Assembly (NCBI GenBank): GCA_010093995.1
Contig: ML992513.1
Location: 431,203-495,202 of the forward strand
Reading direction: 5' to 3'
DNA length: 64,000 nt
DNA from: Elsinoe ampelina
Lineage: Eukaryota
Under the pieces are notes generated by a model. That model worked only from the letters and a program-made list of their open reading frames with translations. It made no database searches and was not told the origin of the DNA. Each line of letters opens with the position of its first letter. Positions within the stretch are counted from its first letter, which is position 1. Position numbers and translations under genes: made by a program. Of the stretch, positions 61,199-64,000 are shown piece after piece.

Positions 61199-62488
61199 CT
61201 ACACCTTCTTCCCGCATCGTATGATACTGACCCCCTTCAACCCCTCATACCCCACCACCTCCCTCACCTCCAACCCCGCCTCCCGCACCAACCCCTCCCA
61301 CTGCCCCCTCGTCCTCTCCCTCCCGGCCAACGCGCTCATCATGACCAAATCATACGTAGTGGCGTACACATGCGCCCCTTGCTCGGGCAGCACCACCTCG
61401 TCTATCAAAACCTCACTGTCCTCCCCCATAGCAGCCGCGATCTGCTTGAGTATCACCCCGCACTTGTCATCGGGCCAATCATGCAGCACGGTACGCAGGT
61501 AGTAGAACCTTGCCCCTTGGGAAGTCGCAGGTTGAGGGGTGAAGAAGTCGTGCGCTTCTCCCTTGATCCCGGTGGTGTCGGCCAGCATGCCTTGCGCTTC
61601 GGCGATGGCGATGGTGGGCGGGAGGTCCTGCAGGACTACCCTACCCTTCAGGCCGAGGTCAGGAAAGGCGTCGATGAGGGCCGCGCATTGGTGGCCTATA
61701 CCGCCGCCTACGTCGACGAAGACGGGGGAGTCAGGGTGGGAGCTGGCGAAAGAGCCCAGGGAGGTGGTGAAGGGGAAGACGGCGTGCCACGGGGGTTGGT
61801 TTATGGATTGGACTGTCATGGCGGCTTGGAAGGAGGCGAAACGCTCGGGGAATTGGGTTATCCAGTGGAAGACGGGGAGGGGGGTGGAGTAGGCTGCGTT
61901 GAAGGCTGTGTTTGTGAGGGAGGGAGGGGGGGCGTAGGAGGTTTCGGCGAGGAAGGAGGGGAGGCGTTGGAAGATTGGACCGCAGTTGTCGAAGCTGAAA
62001 GGGTTAACAAGGGGGATGGGGAGGGGGGGGAGGGGAGCGTACGCATGGATGAGCCCGCCTTCGATGCCGGGGAGGGCCAGGTGGTGGGTGATGTTGCTGG
62101 AGGTGTAGCTGCCTGGACCAGATTCGGAGATGATGTGTAGTGCGGAGAGGTGGCGGAGGATGCGTACTGGAATTGTGGTCAGACTTCAGTGGTTTAGGGT
62201 CCGGATTGACCTACCTAGAGTTGCTTCAGGAGCTTTCGTCTGTTCGGCGAGCGCTGCAAGACTGAGAGGCTCTTTGGATGCGGATAGCGTTTTGTAAAGA
62301 CCAAGGTCTGATCCCACCTTGGCAATAGCGAGGTCCAAATGCAAGCTATGGAGACGGTGAAAGGTGTCGTACGGCGTTTCAAGTTCTGTGATCAGCTTTC
62401 TGGTCGCCTCCAGCGCCAACTTTCGTGCCTGCTCACCGCCAGTGGCGACGAGGGTCTTGATCTGTTCTACAGCAGTAGCAGTCTCCAT
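61199..62488 (-). CDS. SAM-dependent O-methyltransferase (Methyltransf_2 family), multi-exon
   Basis: VDVGGGIG, LQDLP, HDFFTPQP, YYLRTVLHDWPD, RERT..QW; N-terminal dimerisation region in upstream exons. Confidence 0.9.
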
Positions 62489-63531
62489 GATTGAGATTGA
62501 TCGGTGTCTGAACCGAGACGGACGACAGTGATGTATATTTATGACAGCAGGGTCGTGGCTTCCGCTGAGGCTGACCCGCAGAATAGTGCTTACCTAAATT
62601 GAAGCCATTGGCTAGACTGCGCATGACACAACATGTAAGAAATGAGATGGGACAGGAACGTCTCGTGGTTATGCCAGCATATGCATAAGGCTGAGCTCGC
62701 ACAGGGCGTGCCTGAGGAGGTCGCAGCGAATGAAGATTCAAGGGTGGTGATTTAATGGCCCATGAAGTTGGGAGGCTGCCCAGTGAACCCTGTTTTGTCA
62801 GCAGCCACAATCACACTCTTGACCTTGTCGTTACAGTAACCGATCTTCGTTGAGGCCCACGACCTGTCATTAGAGTTTTTGGAGCAAGTTAGTGGATCCA
62901 TGTCATTGAATATACCTCGCGTGGCCACAAGCTTCAATGCAATAAAAGAAAGCTTCGACTATTGCTTTGACAGAGCGACAACCCGTCGGATGCTGACCTT
63001 GCACACCGGCCAGGCTATAGCAGCCATTCGTCCTTGAGACTGTCGGTGGGTAGAGTCTTGTTTCCGCTGCAAGACCCGGTCAGGCTCTGCTTTGACAAGC
63101 ACAACAGATGATCCGAGGTGCAGGATATGGCCAAAAGAAGGCACGAGCAGCAGTAGTGGCCGACCACACTGCGCAGAGTTCATCCAACACCACCGCACCT
63201 CCTACAGTCCGCCTCATGGCCAAGAAAACACACTCTTCAACGCCTTGACACCTCCACAGTATTGCCGATATATCCTCCTGGCATGTACTATGTAGCGAGG
63301 ATGACAACTTTCCGTCGAGAGCCCATGCAGTCGCTGCCATGAATACCCGCAATCCTTTGGCCTGGATGGGCAGGTGGCAAGTCTGGTAGACGGCTGCTTG
63401 GTAGCTGATGCTCCCAGTGGCTTCGGCTGAATGTGAAGTGTCGAACGAGAGGTAAGTGATGAGTATATATTACTCGCTAGGAATGGCTTGGAGACTGCCA
63501 ACTTGCTCAAACTTGCTCTGATGCGAACGAT

Positions 63532-64000
63532 ATGGTTCGCTTCAACCCAATCATCCTCGCAGCCCTGACGGGTATCGTCACCGCCTCACTCAAGTCACAT
63601 GGAGCTGCCACGGCAAACTCGTGGAGGCCAAAGAGACCGATTGGAAAGAGGCAGCCGAGAAGGCCGTCTTCACTGCTTCAAAGTTCCCATCCAAGATCAC
63701 GCAGTTCAGCCCTTGCATCAATGGCAAAGCTGGCCGCGGCGTGAACAGCACCTACTCATGTAACAACGTCAATCTGCACGGATTCATCAGCCACGATGAC
63801 CTTGGCATCTCTGCCAACTCTTTTGTCGCCATCAGGGGCAACGACGTCTGGGGTTAGACCTCACCAGATGGTCGCGAGTTCGGTCTCGTCGGCCAGATTG
63901 ACGGCAGCGCCTTCGTGAAGCTGAACACCTTGGCTGGCACTATGGGCTACCTCGGACGCCTCAACACCTAGCCAGTCAGCGCCTCGTGGAGAGATATCAA
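63532..64000 (+). pseudogene. Disrupted secreted protein (choice-of-anchor-B/LVIVD-like N-terminus); runs off the window
   Basis: Signal peptide MVRFNPIILAALTGIVTA, frameshift near 63615, then C..G.AG...YSCNNVNL...GNDVWG*TSPDGREFGLVG..DGSAFV...YLGRLNT*...SWRDI with in-frame TAG at 63855 and 63969. Confidence 0.7.

Overview
Fungal (Pezizomycotina-type, spliceosomal introns, RIP active) genomic window. 1-8271 is an AT-rich, RIP-mutated block made mostly of one complete ~7.85 kb hAT DNA transposon (423-8271, with 26-bp TIRs and an 8-bp TSD still recoverable). It carries a ruined hAT transposase, about three unidentified cargo ORFs and a two-intron histone H3-like gene with several CenH3-like features. 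Next is an accessory island: an intact PNP_UDP-NACHT-ankyrin NLR gene, a RIP-mutated DD36E Tc1-like element, a cutinase-family esterase, a 4-exon secreted protein with ADP-ribosyl-cyclase (CD38-like) motifs, and a divergently oriented ankyrin gene. Core genes follow (TeaA/Kel1, Raptor/KOG1, Sos7, RPL37, PalI, CAB2), interspersed with a kinase-like gene, a PD-(D/E)xK-like gene, a divergent P450 and a Fic-domain gene. The right end holds a carotenoid/retinal-rhodopsin cluster (carO, carX, carRA; no carB visible), an O-methyltransferase and a pseudogenised secreted protein. All family calls come from motif recognition by eye; no searches were run.
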